NCBI RefSeq assembly: GCF_000601485.1
Contig: NZ_ASRX01000026.1
Location: 12,009-44,008, forward strand
Origin: Chondromyces apiculatus DSM 436
GTDB lineage: Bacteria > Myxococcota_A > Polyangia > Polyangiales > Polyangiaceae
Length of the DNA stretch: 32,000 nt
Reading direction: 5' to 3'
The notes under the pieces were generated by a model. It searched no databases. It was given only the letters and a program-made list of their open reading frames with translations, and was not told the origin of the DNA. Shown here piece by piece: positions 1-8,586 of the stretch (position 1 is its first letter; every line of letters begins with the position of its first letter). A program made the position numbers and the translations under genes.

Positions 1-551
1 CCTCGAACGCGACGCCGCGGCAGCCCGACACCATCCACCGCGGGGTGTTCGTCAACCTGCGCATCCTCTGCGCAGATCTTCCCTCGCCGCCGAACAACGT
101 GATGGGCCTGCCCGCGAACGCCGAGGGGACCAACCGGGACCGGGTGAACGCGCACACCGGGGCCGGGACCTGCGGCGGCGCCTGCCACGCGACGCTCATC
201 AACCCCGTGGGCTTCGCCTTCGAGAACTACGACGCGCTCGGTCAGTGGCGCACCGAGGACAACGGCCTGCCGGTCAACGCCGCCGACGAGTACCGCTTCG
301 CGAGCGGTACCCAGAAGTTCGAGAACGGGGTCGCGCTGAGCCAGGTCATCGCGGAGAGCAGGGAGGCGCACCAGTGCTACGCGAAGCACTGGATGGAGTA
401 CGGCCTCGGCCGCGCCGCGACGGACGCCGACCGTCCGATGATCGCCAAGCTCTCCGAGGAGTCCCGGACCGGGACCCCCGTGAAGCAGCTCCTCCTCAGC
501 ATCGTCGAGTCCGACGCCTTCCTCACCCGCTCGCCCTTGGAGGCACCATGA
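1..551 (+). CDS. DUF1592/DUF1588-family protein with a cytochrome-c-like CxxCH motif; C-terminal part, 5' end lies outside the window
   Basis: The reading frame is open from the window edge (frame of nt 3). It contains ...IHRGVFVNLRILCADLPSPPNNV... and GTCGGACHATLINPVGFAFENYDALGQWRTED, typical of DUF1588 C-terminal domains. The stop TGA at 549-551 overlaps the next ATG (ATGA). Confidence 0.75.
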   Translation, partial: SNATPRQPDTIHRGVFVNLRILCADLPSPPNNVMGLPANAEGTNRDRVNAHTGAGTCGGACHATLINPVGFAFENYDALGQWRTEDNGLPVNAADEYRFASGTQKFENGVALSQVIAESREAHQCYAKHWMEYGLGRAATDADRPMIAKLSEESRTGTPVKQLLLSIVESDAFLTRSPLEAP

Positions 552-1927
552 TCAACCGTCGTCGTTTCCTTCGGGGTCTGTTCGGGGTGACCGTCGCGCT
601 CCCCTTCCTGGAGAGCCTCGCGCCGCGCAACGCGGCGGCAGGCCCCGGGGACGTGCCGCCCTTCGCCATCTTCATGCGCCAGGCCAACGGCGTCGCGCAG
701 CAGACCAACGACGAGCCGGAGATGTTCTGGCCGCGCAACCTCGGCGCCATCACGGCCGAGACGATGAACACCGACAGCGATCGGGCGATCAGCGAGCTGC
801 GCGACTACGCCGACAAGCTGCTCGTGGTCCGGGGCGTGAAGTTCGCGTTCCCCGGCAACGGCTGCGGCCACTCGGGCGGCGGCAACCAGTGCCTCACCGC
901 GGCGCGCGTCTCCGATACGCCCTCGGGCAACGCCTCGCTCTCGATGGGTGAGTCGATCGACAACCGCATCGCGCGCGAGCTGAACGCGGCAGGCGTCGAG
1001 CCCCTCACGCTCTATGCCGGCAAGATGGCCGGGTACATCGACGAGGTGATGTCGTACCGCGGCCCGAAGGACATCCGCGCCGCGGAGCGCAACCCTTACA
1101 ACGCCTACATGGCCCTCTTCGGGCTCTCCGACCTGGAGCCCGAGGTGCTGAAGCGCCTCGCGGCGCAGCGCACCAGCGTCAACGATCTGGTGCGCGAGCA
1201 GATGAAGGCGCTCCAGAGCCGCGGGAACCTGAGCGAGGCCGACAAGCAGAAGCTCGACCTGCACTTCACCTCGATCCGTGATCTCGAGGTGACCATGAGC
1301 TGCCAGCTCCCGGACGAGGGCGTGGCGGCGATGGAGGCCATCTCGGGCAGCGCCGGCGCGAACGACAACGTGGAGATCGTGGCCCGCATGCAGATGGACA
1401 TCATCGCGCTCGCGATGGCCTGCGGGGTGACCCGCGCCGCCACGCTGCAGATCGGCGACGGCAACGACAGCACGTCGTACCTGATCGACGGCGTGCGCCA
1501 GAAGAGCTTCCACAAGATCTCGCACCGCATCGACAGCGACGGCAGCGACGGCCCGCCTATCGAGGGCGCCGCGACCCTGCACCACAAGATCGACCGCATC
1601 CACGGGCAGCTCTTCAAGTACCTGCTCGATCGGCTCTCGGCCTACGAGTTCGGTGAGGGCAAGCTCCTCGACTACGGCGTTGCGGTGTGGCTGAACGATC
1701 TCGCGGACAAGTACCACTCGTACAACAACGTCCCCTACATCCTGGCGGGCGGCGCGGCGGGCTTCCTCAAGACCGGCCAGTACGTGAACGGGGGCAACTC
1801 CGCCAACAACAAGCTCCTCAACACCATCGGCGCCGCCGTCGGCTGCCGCAACGCAGACGGGCAGCTCCTCGACGACTTCGGCGATCCCAGCCTGGAGCGC
1901 GGCCTGCTCGACGATCTCATCGCCTGA
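548..1927 (+). CDS. DUF1552 domain protein with a twin-arginine signal (459 aa)
   Basis: ATG at 548. The N-terminus MINRRRFLRGLFGVTVALPFLESLA is the hallmark DUF1552 Tat-type leader. High GC3. It is the usual partner of DUF1588/DUF1592 genes. The listed ORF 245..1927 is an upstream over-extension. Confidence 0.8.
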   Translation: MINRRRFLRGLFGVTVALPFLESLAPRNAAAGPGDVPPFAIFMRQANGVAQQTNDEPEMFWPRNLGAITAETMNTDSDRAISELRDYADKLLVVRGVKFAFPGNGCGHSGGGNQCLTAARVSDTPSGNASLSMGESIDNRIARELNAAGVEPLTLYAGKMAGYIDEVMSYRGPKDIRAAERNPYNAYMALFGLSDLEPEVLKRLAAQRTSVNDLVREQMKALQSRGNLSEADKQKLDLHFTSIRDLEVTMSCQLPDEGVAAMEAISGSAGANDNVEIVARMQMDIIALAMACGVTRAATLQIGDGNDSTSYLIDGVRQKSFHKISHRIDSDGSDGPPIEGAATLHHKIDRIHGQLFKYLLDRLSAYEFGEGKLLDYGVAVWLNDLADKYHSYNNVPYILAGGAAGFLKTGQYVNGGNSANNKLLNTIGAAVGCRNADGQLLDDFGDPSLERGLLDDLIA

Positions 1928-1929
1928 GC

Positions 1930-3201
1930 ATGAGGGGCGCGTTCAACGTCGCGACCCTCGCGCTGGCCATCGCCCTGCTCGGGTGCGGCTCCGAAGAGGT
2001 GCCAGAAGGCGAGGGGGGGGCTGGCGCTCAGGGAGGCGCTGGCGCTCAGGGGGGCGCTGGCGGCGCCGGAGGCGGGGGAGGTCAGGGCGCCGGCGGCCAG
2101 GGTGGCGGCGGTACTGGCGAGTGCCTGGGAACCCCCGCAGGGGCGCTCTCGTTCACCACGACGGTCACCTATCCGGCAGGCACCGGGAACATGGGGGCGC
2201 GCGAGATCGCTGTCGGCGACGTCGACGGCGATGGCACGCCCGACGTGGTCTTCGGGTCGGGTCCCAGCGCCACCGCGATGGTGATGCGCAACCTCGGTGA
2301 CGGGAGCCTCGCGCAGGCGGGGTCCGTGCAGCTCGAGGCCGAGTCGATGGGGCTCTTCCTGGCCCCGATGGACGCGCAGCCCGGCCTCGATCTGGCGACG
2401 GCCAACCACTGCATCGTCTTCCCCTGTCACGGCGTAGAGGTCTTCTCGGGAGAGGGCGACGGGACGTTCCAGCCGCCGCAGCGCGTGCTCGCCGACGTGA
2501 TCGACGGGGCTCTCCTCGACGCGGCGCAGGGCGACCTCGACGGCGACGGCCTCGGCGAGATCTACGCCACCTCGCAGTCCGAGCTGTACGCCTGGATCGT
2601 CCAGCAGGGCGACGACGGCACGCTCACCGCCGAGGAGGTGCGGGCCTTCGACGCGCTCACGCTCACGGACTTCGACGGCGATGGCGATCTGGACGTGGCC
2701 GGGAGCACCGCGGGCGCCGATGACTACGCCATCGAGGTGCACCTCAACGGCGGGAGCGGCACCTTCAGCGAGGGTGGCGCGGTCGCCGCGGTGAACGCTC
2801 GGTTCGAGCACTTCGTGGCCGGAGATCTCGACGGCGACGGCGACCAGGATCTCGCGGCCACGACGGGGACCGACACCATGCTCCTGCTGGGCTCCGGGGA
2901 CGGCGCGACCTTCCTCTCCACCGAGATCCAGCTTGGTGGAGAGGAAGTATCGGGGCTCGCGGTCGCCGACATGGACGGCGACTGCACGGACGACCTGCTC
3001 GTGCTCCGCGGGAGTAGGGTGATGATCCTGCTGAACCGCTCGGGTCAGCTCTCGCCGGGGCCCGTCGTCGAGGTGGGGGGCGCCTTGACCTCCCTCGCCG
3101 TGGCCGATCTCGACCAGGATGGGCGCCGCGATCTGCTCGTCACCCGCGGGGACAGCCACGACCTCGTGATCGTTTTCCAGGACGCTGTCGCGGGGCCCTG
3201 A
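1930..3201 (+). CDS. FG-GAP/VCBS repeat lipoprotein (423 aa)
   Basis: ATG at 1930, 2 nt after the previous stop. Lipobox signal MRGAFNVATLALAIALLGCGS, then a Gly-rich linker. Repeated Ca-binding-like motifs GDVDGDGTPDVV, GDLDGDG, DFDGDGDLDVA, GDLDGDGDQDLA, ADMDGDCTDDLL and ADLDQDGRRDLL. Confidence 0.8.
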   Translation: MRGAFNVATLALAIALLGCGSEEVPEGEGGAGAQGGAGAQGGAGGAGGGGGQGAGGQGGGGTGECLGTPAGALSFTTTVTYPAGTGNMGAREIAVGDVDGDGTPDVVFGSGPSATAMVMRNLGDGSLAQAGSVQLEAESMGLFLAPMDAQPGLDLATANHCIVFPCHGVEVFSGEGDGTFQPPQRVLADVIDGALLDAAQGDLDGDGLGEIYATSQSELYAWIVQQGDDGTLTAEEVRAFDALTLTDFDGDGDLDVAGSTAGADDYAIEVHLNGGSGTFSEGGAVAAVNARFEHFVAGDLDGDGDQDLAATTGTDTMLLLGSGDGATFLSTEIQLGGEEVSGLAVADMDGDCTDDLLVLRGSRVMILLNRSGQLSPGPVVEVGGALTSLAVADLDQDGRRDLLVTRGDSHDLVIVFQDAVAGP

Positions 3202-3286
3202 TTCTGGCGTCAGGGAAGACAGGCAATCTCTCTCCCGCTGCATCTGCCCAGGTGTCGGAGCGGCGTGCCGCGCCTAGACTGCGCGC

Positions 3287-4336
3287 ATGCGTACCCTGAC
3301 TGCTTTTGCTCTCGGTTTGCCGCTCGTCGTCATCGCCGCTGCCTGCGGTGGGGATGACGACGGCTCGACCACGAACACGACCACCACCACCTCGTCCACG
3401 GCTCCAGGCAGCGGCGGGAGCGGCGGTACCGGAGGTGACGGCTCTGGCGCCGGCGGCGCCGGCGGTGACGGCGGCGCGGGGGGTGAAGGCGGCAGCGTGA
3501 GCTGGGAAGGGGTCGATCCCATCGCCAACACCGAGGCGGTCGCCGAGGTGTCGGGTGGCTACGGCTTCACCGAGGGGACCTGCTGGTTCGCGGACGAGGG
3601 CGTGCTCCGGTTCACCGACATCCCGAACAGCCGCATCCACGAGGTGGACGCGCAGGGGAACGTCACGGTGTGGCGCGAGCCGAGCGGCCAGACCAACGGC
3701 ATCGCCGTGACCCCGGAGGGCGATGCGGTCACCTGCGAGCACCAGAACCGACGCGTCACCCGCTCCGGGCCGAGCGGGGACAACCCCGAGGTGGTCGCCG
3801 AGGACTACCAGGGAGACCGCTTCAACTCGCCGAACGACGCCATCGTGCGCAGCGACGGGAACATCTACTTCACCGATCCGACCTATGGCCTCGGCAACAA
3901 CCCGCAGGAGATCCCCTTCCGAGGCGTCTTCCGCGTCGCCCCTGACGGCACGGTGAGCGTGGTGAGCGCGGACCTGACCCAGCCGAACGGGATCGCGCTC
4001 TCGCCCGACGAGCAGACGCTCTACGCGACGGACACCGAGGGCGACCGACTGCACGCCTTCCCGGTGAACGCCGACGGCTCGACGGAGTCGGGCTCGGTGC
4101 TCGCCGAGAACATCGACGGCCCCGACGGGATGGCCGTGGACGACACGGGCAACCTGTACCTGACCACCGCCACCGGCGTACAGGTGCTGCGCGCTGACGG
4201 GACGTCGTGGGGCACCATCACCGTGCCGCAGCAGCCGTCGAACTGCGCCTTCGGCGACGCGGACCGTCACACGCTCTACATCAGCGCCCGGACGGCCCTC
4301 TACAAGGTCCGGCTCAACATCCCCGGAAAGCCTTGA
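3287..4336 (+). CDS. SMP-30/gluconolactonase/LRE-family lipoprotein (349 aa)
   Basis: Lipobox LVVIAAACGG plus a Gly/Ser/Thr linker. Six-bladed propeller motifs FTEG..W, FNSPNDAIV..DGNIYFTDP, QPNGIALSPDEQTLYATD, PDGMAVDDTGNLYLT and PSNCAFGDADRHTLYIS. Confidence 0.85.
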   Translation: MRTLTAFALGLPLVVIAAACGGDDDGSTTNTTTTTSSTAPGSGGSGGTGGDGSGAGGAGGDGGAGGEGGSVSWEGVDPIANTEAVAEVSGGYGFTEGTCWFADEGVLRFTDIPNSRIHEVDAQGNVTVWREPSGQTNGIAVTPEGDAVTCEHQNRRVTRSGPSGDNPEVVAEDYQGDRFNSPNDAIVRSDGNIYFTDPTYGLGNNPQEIPFRGVFRVAPDGTVSVVSADLTQPNGIALSPDEQTLYATDTEGDRLHAFPVNADGSTESGSVLAENIDGPDGMAVDDTGNLYLTTATGVQVLRADGTSWGTITVPQQPSNCAFGDADRHTLYISARTALYKVRLNIPGKP

Positions 4337-4392
4337 GGCGTCCGGAGAGCGCTCGGACCCGCCTCCGGCATCGGACACCCACGAGGTGGACG

Positions 4393-5073
4393 ATGGGAGA
4401 CGAGAAGGACGGGAAGCAGGCCAAGGCGAGCGCGACCTCCGGAGCTGGCGAGGGGAAGAAGGCCGAGGGCAAGGCCGAGGAGGGCAAGACCGAGGGCAAA
4501 GAGGAGAGCCCCGAGCAGGAGTGGCTCTCCGGTCTGGTCCGTGAGCTCTTCCAGACGGAGAAGTCGGCGAAGACGCACCCGATCGTGGAGGCCGACAGGC
4601 TCGGCGACGTGCCACCGGCGCAGGCGCTGCGCGCGGTGGCGGCGCACGCGGAGCGGGCCTTCGCGGACCTGCCCACGCTCGCCCAGATCCACGACCTGCC
4701 CGACAGCGACGGGGGCACGGCCGTCGGGGCTGCCTTCTCGGCGCTGCGCGACAGCATGGGCGATCTGCTGCTGACCGCGGAGAAGTCCTACCGCGGGACG
4801 GTGCTCGGCATGCGCCACGGGGTGGACCTCGTGGAGCTGGTACAGCACGTGGCGGCGCACCACGGGGACAAGACGCTCGCGGTGTGGTGCACGCGCTGGC
4901 TCTCCGAGCGTCGGCCGCTCGTGGAGGCGTGTGCGCGCGAGCTTGCGTGGTTCGCCGCGAACCCGGAGCGCGCCGCGGAGCCCGCCAAGGACAACCCGCT
5001 GGCGTTCATGCTGCACGGGCTGGTGCACGGGGTGGAGGTGGTCGCCGAGAAGGTGCGCGGCGTGGTGCGCTGA
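4393..5073 (+). CDS. hypothetical protein with a K/E/G-rich disordered N-terminus (226 aa)
   Basis: ATG at 4393 inside listed ORF 4207..5073. High GC3. N-terminus MGDEKDGKQAKASATSGAGEGKKAEGKAEEGKTEGKEE, followed by a helical-looking domain. I recognise no family. Confidence 0.55.
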   Translation: MGDEKDGKQAKASATSGAGEGKKAEGKAEEGKTEGKEESPEQEWLSGLVRELFQTEKSAKTHPIVEADRLGDVPPAQALRAVAAHAERAFADLPTLAQIHDLPDSDGGTAVGAAFSALRDSMGDLLLTAEKSYRGTVLGMRHGVDLVELVQHVAAHHGDKTLAVWCTRWLSERRPLVEACARELAWFAANPERAAEPAKDNPLAFMLHGLVHGVEVVAEKVRGVVR

Positions 5074-5082
5074 GCGTTGCTG

Positions 5083-6741
5083 TCAGCCGGTGGCCTCGGC
5101 CGCGGCCACGGCCGCCGACCAGGGGGACATCACGTCGGTGATGCCCATGAGCACCTCGCCGTCGCGGCGGATCAGGTTGGGGCACGCGAAGCGCTCGGGG
5201 GCGGTGACGTGCTCCACCACCTCGAGCGCGCCGTCGGCGGCGAGGGCCTCCAGGACGTCGGCCGGCAGGCGGTGATCGGCGCTCGTCAGGTCGGGGCCCA
5301 GCACGTCGATGCGCGGGGCGTGCGCGGCGTCCTCGGGGGTCATGCCGAAGTCCAGCGAGAAGGCCAGGGTCTGGTACACGCTGGCCAGGATGCGCCGGCC
5401 TCCCGAGGAGCCCGCGGCGAGGAGGGGACCCTCGCCGTCGCGCTCGGAGACCACGATGGGGCACATGTTGCAGAGCGGCCGCGCGCCGGGGCGGATGGCG
5501 TTGGGGCTGCCAGGGGTGGGGTCGAACCACATCACGCCGTTGTTCATCAGCACCCCGGTGCGTGGCAGCACGACGCGGCTCCCCATGGAGGAGAGGAGGG
5601 TGGAGGTGAGGGCGATCATCGTGCCTTCGCCATCGGCGACAGTGAGGTGGGTGGTGCACGTGCCGGGGGGCTCGGTGGAGGCGGAGGGGCCTCCGAAGCT
5701 CGGGGTCGCCGACGCACCTTGAACGCCCGCGCCTGCGCCCAGGCCGGAGAGACGGGCGGCGTACGAGCCCCGCATCGCGCGGGAGAGGGCGCGGAACCAG
5801 GCAGCATCAGGGGCGGGGCCGATGGGAGCGTCGCGCATGGTGTCCATGACCCGCGCGAGCGTGGGGGCCGCGGTGAGGCCGCCCGCGGCGTGCACGGTGT
5901 AGCGGCCGCGCCAGTCGAGGGGTTCGGCGGCGTGCACCGTGGCCCGGTAGCCCGCGAGGTCGCCCGCGCCGAGGAGGCCGCCCATGGCCTGGATGTCGAC
6001 CACCATGTCGGAGGCCACGCCGCCCTCGTAGAAGTCGCGCAGGCCGCCGTCGCGCAGGCGCTCCAGGGTCTCCGCGATCTGGCCGAGCTGGAAGAAGCAG
6101 AGGCCCCCCTGGTAGGGCGCCACGGGGGGCAGGCCGTCGGGGAGGTAGATGCGCGCGCTCTCGGGGTAGAGGCGCAGCAGGTTGGCCTGCGCCGCGATCT
6201 TGAGGGTGGTGAGCCAGTCCTGGGGCAAGCCGCGCCGCGCCAGGGCGATGGCCGGGCCGAGGAGGTCGGCGAGGGGCATGCCCGTCCCGAAGCGCTCCCG
6301 GAGGAGGTCGTAGCCGGCCACGGCGGAGGGGATCACGAACGAGAGGGGGCCGTGCACGTTGCGGTCGCCCACCACCTCGGGCCAGGTGAACAGGTCGCGC
6401 TTCATGCGGCCCGTGAGGGGGTATGCCGCCGGGTCCACGCCCGCGGGCGCCACGGGGCCGAAGTCCACCACCTGCGCCTCCCTCGCGCCCGCGCGGTGGA
6501 CGACAGCGAAGCCGATGCCGCCGATGCCGCTGCTCCAGGGCTCCACCGCCGCGAGCGCGAACGCCGCGGCCACGGCGGCGTCGGCGGCGTTCCCTCCCGC
6601 CTCCAGCACGGCGGCACCAGCCTCCGCCGCGGCGCGGGACTGGGAGGCGCACACCCCGCGTCGCCCGCGCGCGGCGGGCTTGGCGAGGTGCCAGCTCTGG
6701 GTGAGGTGGGGGCGGGGCTCGTAGTGGGAAAGGTCGGCCAT
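5083..6741 (-). CDS. gamma-glutamyltransferase-family (Ntn hydrolase) protein, no obvious signal peptide (552 aa)
   Basis: ATG at 6741 (MADLSHYEP...). Motifs GGNAADAAVAAAFALAAVEPWSSGIGG, the autoprocessing/nucleophile region GTCTTHLTVADGEG, and SGGRRI. The listed 770-aa ORF runs on upstream into the cellulase gene and is not credible there. Confidence 0.85.
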   Translation of the reverse strand: MADLSHYEPRPHLTQSWHLAKPAARGRRGVCASQSRAAAEAGAAVLEAGGNAADAAVAAAFALAAVEPWSSGIGGIGFAVVHRAGAREAQVVDFGPVAPAGVDPAAYPLTGRMKRDLFTWPEVVGDRNVHGPLSFVIPSAVAGYDLLRERFGTGMPLADLLGPAIALARRGLPQDWLTTLKIAAQANLLRLYPESARIYLPDGLPPVAPYQGGLCFFQLGQIAETLERLRDGGLRDFYEGGVASDMVVDIQAMGGLLGAGDLAGYRATVHAAEPLDWRGRYTVHAAGGLTAAPTLARVMDTMRDAPIGPAPDAAWFRALSRAMRGSYAARLSGLGAGAGVQGASATPSFGGPSASTEPPGTCTTHLTVADGEGTMIALTSTLLSSMGSRVVLPRTGVLMNNGVMWFDPTPGSPNAIRPGARPLCNMCPIVVSERDGEGPLLAAGSSGGRRILASVYQTLAFSLDFGMTPEDAAHAPRIDVLGPDLTSADHRLPADVLEALAADGALEVVEHVTAPERFACPNLIRRDGEVLMGITDVMSPWSAAVAAAEATG

Positions 6742-6821
6742 GGGGACTCGCGCGCGCTCCTCGGGTGCGGCCGAGCCTCGACCCAAACGGCGGCGAAAAC
6801 AACCTGGCCGCGAGGCGCACG

Positions 6822-6877
6822 CGACGCTTTTCCGACCGACGCTTTTCCGGCCGACGCTTTCCGGCCGACGCTTCAGC
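6822..6877. repeat. about 15-bp tandem repeat, 3.5 copies (CGACGCTTTTCCGRC), in the cellulase-GGT intergenic region
   Basis: Read directly: cgacgcttttccgac / cgacgcttttccggc / cgacgctttccggc / cgacgcttcagc. The last unit contains the cellulase stop codon. Each unit carries a CGGCCG palindrome. Confidence 0.85.
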
Positions 6878-8231
6878 CAGGCCAGGGCGCGGAGGTGAAC
6901 GTCCCCACGGCGCCGTTGCTGGAGGTCGCGGTGAAGATCACCTGGGTCCCGGCCGGGACGGCGCTCGGCGGGCTGATGGTCCAGTCGCCCCAGGACTGGA
7001 GCGTGAGCGGGTAGGTCGCGCTGCCGACCTTGGCCGTGACGCCGGTGATGGTCTGCCCCGAGTTGGCCACGTTGACCTGGATCCACCAGGGGTTGATGCT
7101 CGACGAGACCGAGAACTGGAACGAGGGCGAGGGCGGCGGATCGTCGTCGTCGTCGCCGGGGTCCTGGGTCGCGTCGAGGAGCTTCTGCTTCACGAAGGTC
7201 CCGGAGGGCGACAGCTCCGAGCTCACCCAGGGGCCGGTGGTGTTGGCGTGGGGCAGGAGCGCCGCGGCGGTCTCGTTCTTCCGGTTCAGCGACCAGTTCG
7301 CCCAGCTCAGCTTGTTGGCGTCCATGAAGTTGATCCAGGCCTGGGACTCGGCGAGGTCGAGGCCGGTGTTGCCGGAGGCGTGGGTGGTCCCCCACTCGGT
7401 CACGAAGAGGGCGATGCCCCGGTTGAGCGCCGTGGTCGCCTTGTTGCGCAGGGCCTGCTTGTGGGACCCGGCATAGAAGTGGAGCGTGTAGGCGATGTTG
7501 CCGTACTGGGTGATGGGATTGTTCGCCGCGACGTCCACGTCCTGCGACCAGGTGGGCGTACCGACCACGACCAGGTTGTTGGCGCCCTGCCCGCGGATCG
7601 CGCCGATCACGTCCTCCGCGTAGGTCTTCACCTGGCTCCAGGAGTGATAATCGAGCGGCTCATTGAAGATCTCGAAGATCACGTTGGGGGTGTTCTTGTA
7701 ATCGCGGGCCATCCTGGTGAAGAAGTCCCGGGCCTGCTGGGTGTGCTGGTGTGCGTTGTGGTCGTGCCAGTCGATGATCACGTACACGCCCTTGGCGACC
7801 GCGGCGTTGACCACCGTCCTCACCCGGTTCTCCTCGGCCGTGGGATTGGCCAGGTAGCCGTCGGGCTCCACCCCCAGGGCGGCGCGCACGAGCGACACGT
7901 TCCAGCTATCGACGAGGGAATTGACCACGGAGGCCTTGTAATATTCGTTGCCCGGGCCGCCGGTCTGACCCCACTGGCTCCAGAAGAGGCTCATTCCCCG
8001 GAGCTGCACCACGTCGCCGTGGGCGTCCTTGATCCGGTTTCCGTCGACGTGCAGCGCGCCATGCTGCGACACCGGGGTGGGATTCACCGCAAGCGAGACT
8101 TCCTCGGCAGGATCGACCTGCTCCTCCGACGAGGCCACGCATCCGCACACGAGGGCCTGCAGCGCAGCGAGCCCGAGCCCGATCTGCCATATCGACGCCG
8201 TCAACCTGCCGAGAAGCGAGCGCTCGTTCAT
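6873..8231 (-). CDS. secreted glycoside hydrolase family 5 endoglucanase (cellulase) with a C-terminal binding-module-like domain (452 aa)
   Basis: Signal/lipobox-like LGLAALQALVCGC. GH5 catalytic motifs IFEIFNEP (acid/base Glu) and LFVTEWG (nucleophile Glu), plus WHDHNAH and LHFYAGSH. A DDDDDPPPSPS linker leads to a 95-aa Trp-rich domain. SD GGAGG lies 5 nt upstream of ATG 8231. Confidence 0.9.
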   Translation of the reverse strand: MNERSLLGRLTASIWQIGLGLAALQALVCGCVASSEEQVDPAEEVSLAVNPTPVSQHGALHVDGNRIKDAHGDVVQLRGMSLFWSQWGQTGGPGNEYYKASVVNSLVDSWNVSLVRAALGVEPDGYLANPTAEENRVRTVVNAAVAKGVYVIIDWHDHNAHQHTQQARDFFTRMARDYKNTPNVIFEIFNEPLDYHSWSQVKTYAEDVIGAIRGQGANNLVVVGTPTWSQDVDVAANNPITQYGNIAYTLHFYAGSHKQALRNKATTALNRGIALFVTEWGTTHASGNTGLDLAESQAWINFMDANKLSWANWSLNRKNETAAALLPHANTTGPWVSSELSPSGTFVKQKLLDATQDPGDDDDDPPPSPSFQFSVSSSINPWWIQVNVANSGQTITGVTAKVGSATYPLTLQSWGDWTISPPSAVPAGTQVIFTATSSNGAVGTFTSAPWPG

Positions 8232-8586
8232 TCTTTCCTCCAGAACAATGATCGTGTAAAGGCGCTTTGGTCATAGCTCGTACGACCAGCACCCACCTGA
8301 GCCCTGCCGCGGCAGATCCTTGAAATGCGCGCGGATCCTCGCGAAAGCGCGCTTCCTGGCACCGTCATCATGGCGCTGCCATGTGCCGTCGGCGCCACGT
8401 CAGGGCCGGTGATTCATAGCATGCGATTCCCTGATCACAAACGATGCAAAGGGATCTGAATACGAATGCAATCGCAATACACATTTGCGCGCCACGCTCG
8501 CGGAAACGATCAGACCGATCACGATGATCGTTTCGATCGGGGTGATCGCTTCGATCGCAGTGATCGTTATGCTCCCGGGATGCGAT
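8232..8586 (-). promoter_or_regulatory. upstream/regulatory region of the cellulase gene; visibly lower GC than its surroundings
   Basis: 355-nt non-coding gap between the DUF2201 stop and the cellulase start. It holds the SD (GGAGGAAAGA-ATG), an inverted repeat GAAATGCGCGC...GCGCGCTTC (about 8322-8354) and the GATC array. No promoter boxes could be assigned with confidence. Confidence 0.35.
8508..8570. repeat. array of seven GATC motifs at strict 9-bp spacing (can also be read as 3 x 18 bp)
   Basis: GATC begins at 8508, 8517, 8526, 8535, 8544, 8553 and 8562. The units are gatcagacc, gatcacgat, gatcgtttc, gatcggggt, gatcgcttc, gatcgcagt and gatcgttat. Confidence 0.85.

Noticed and set aside
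2001-2110. Repetitive GGCGCTGGCGCTCAGGG units in the FG-GAP gene, and similar GGNGGN repeats at 3400-3490.
   Set aside because: They encode Gly/Ala/Gln-rich flexible linkers directly after lipoprotein signal peptides. This is a common feature of this type of genome and is fully explained by the coding sequence.
6742-7395. N-terminal extension of the GGT ORF (770 aa) overlapping the cellulase gene on the same strand.
   Set aside because: The extension is low-complexity R/P/G-rich text that overlaps a confidently identified GH5 gene in another frame. The GGT family alignment begins near Met-6741.
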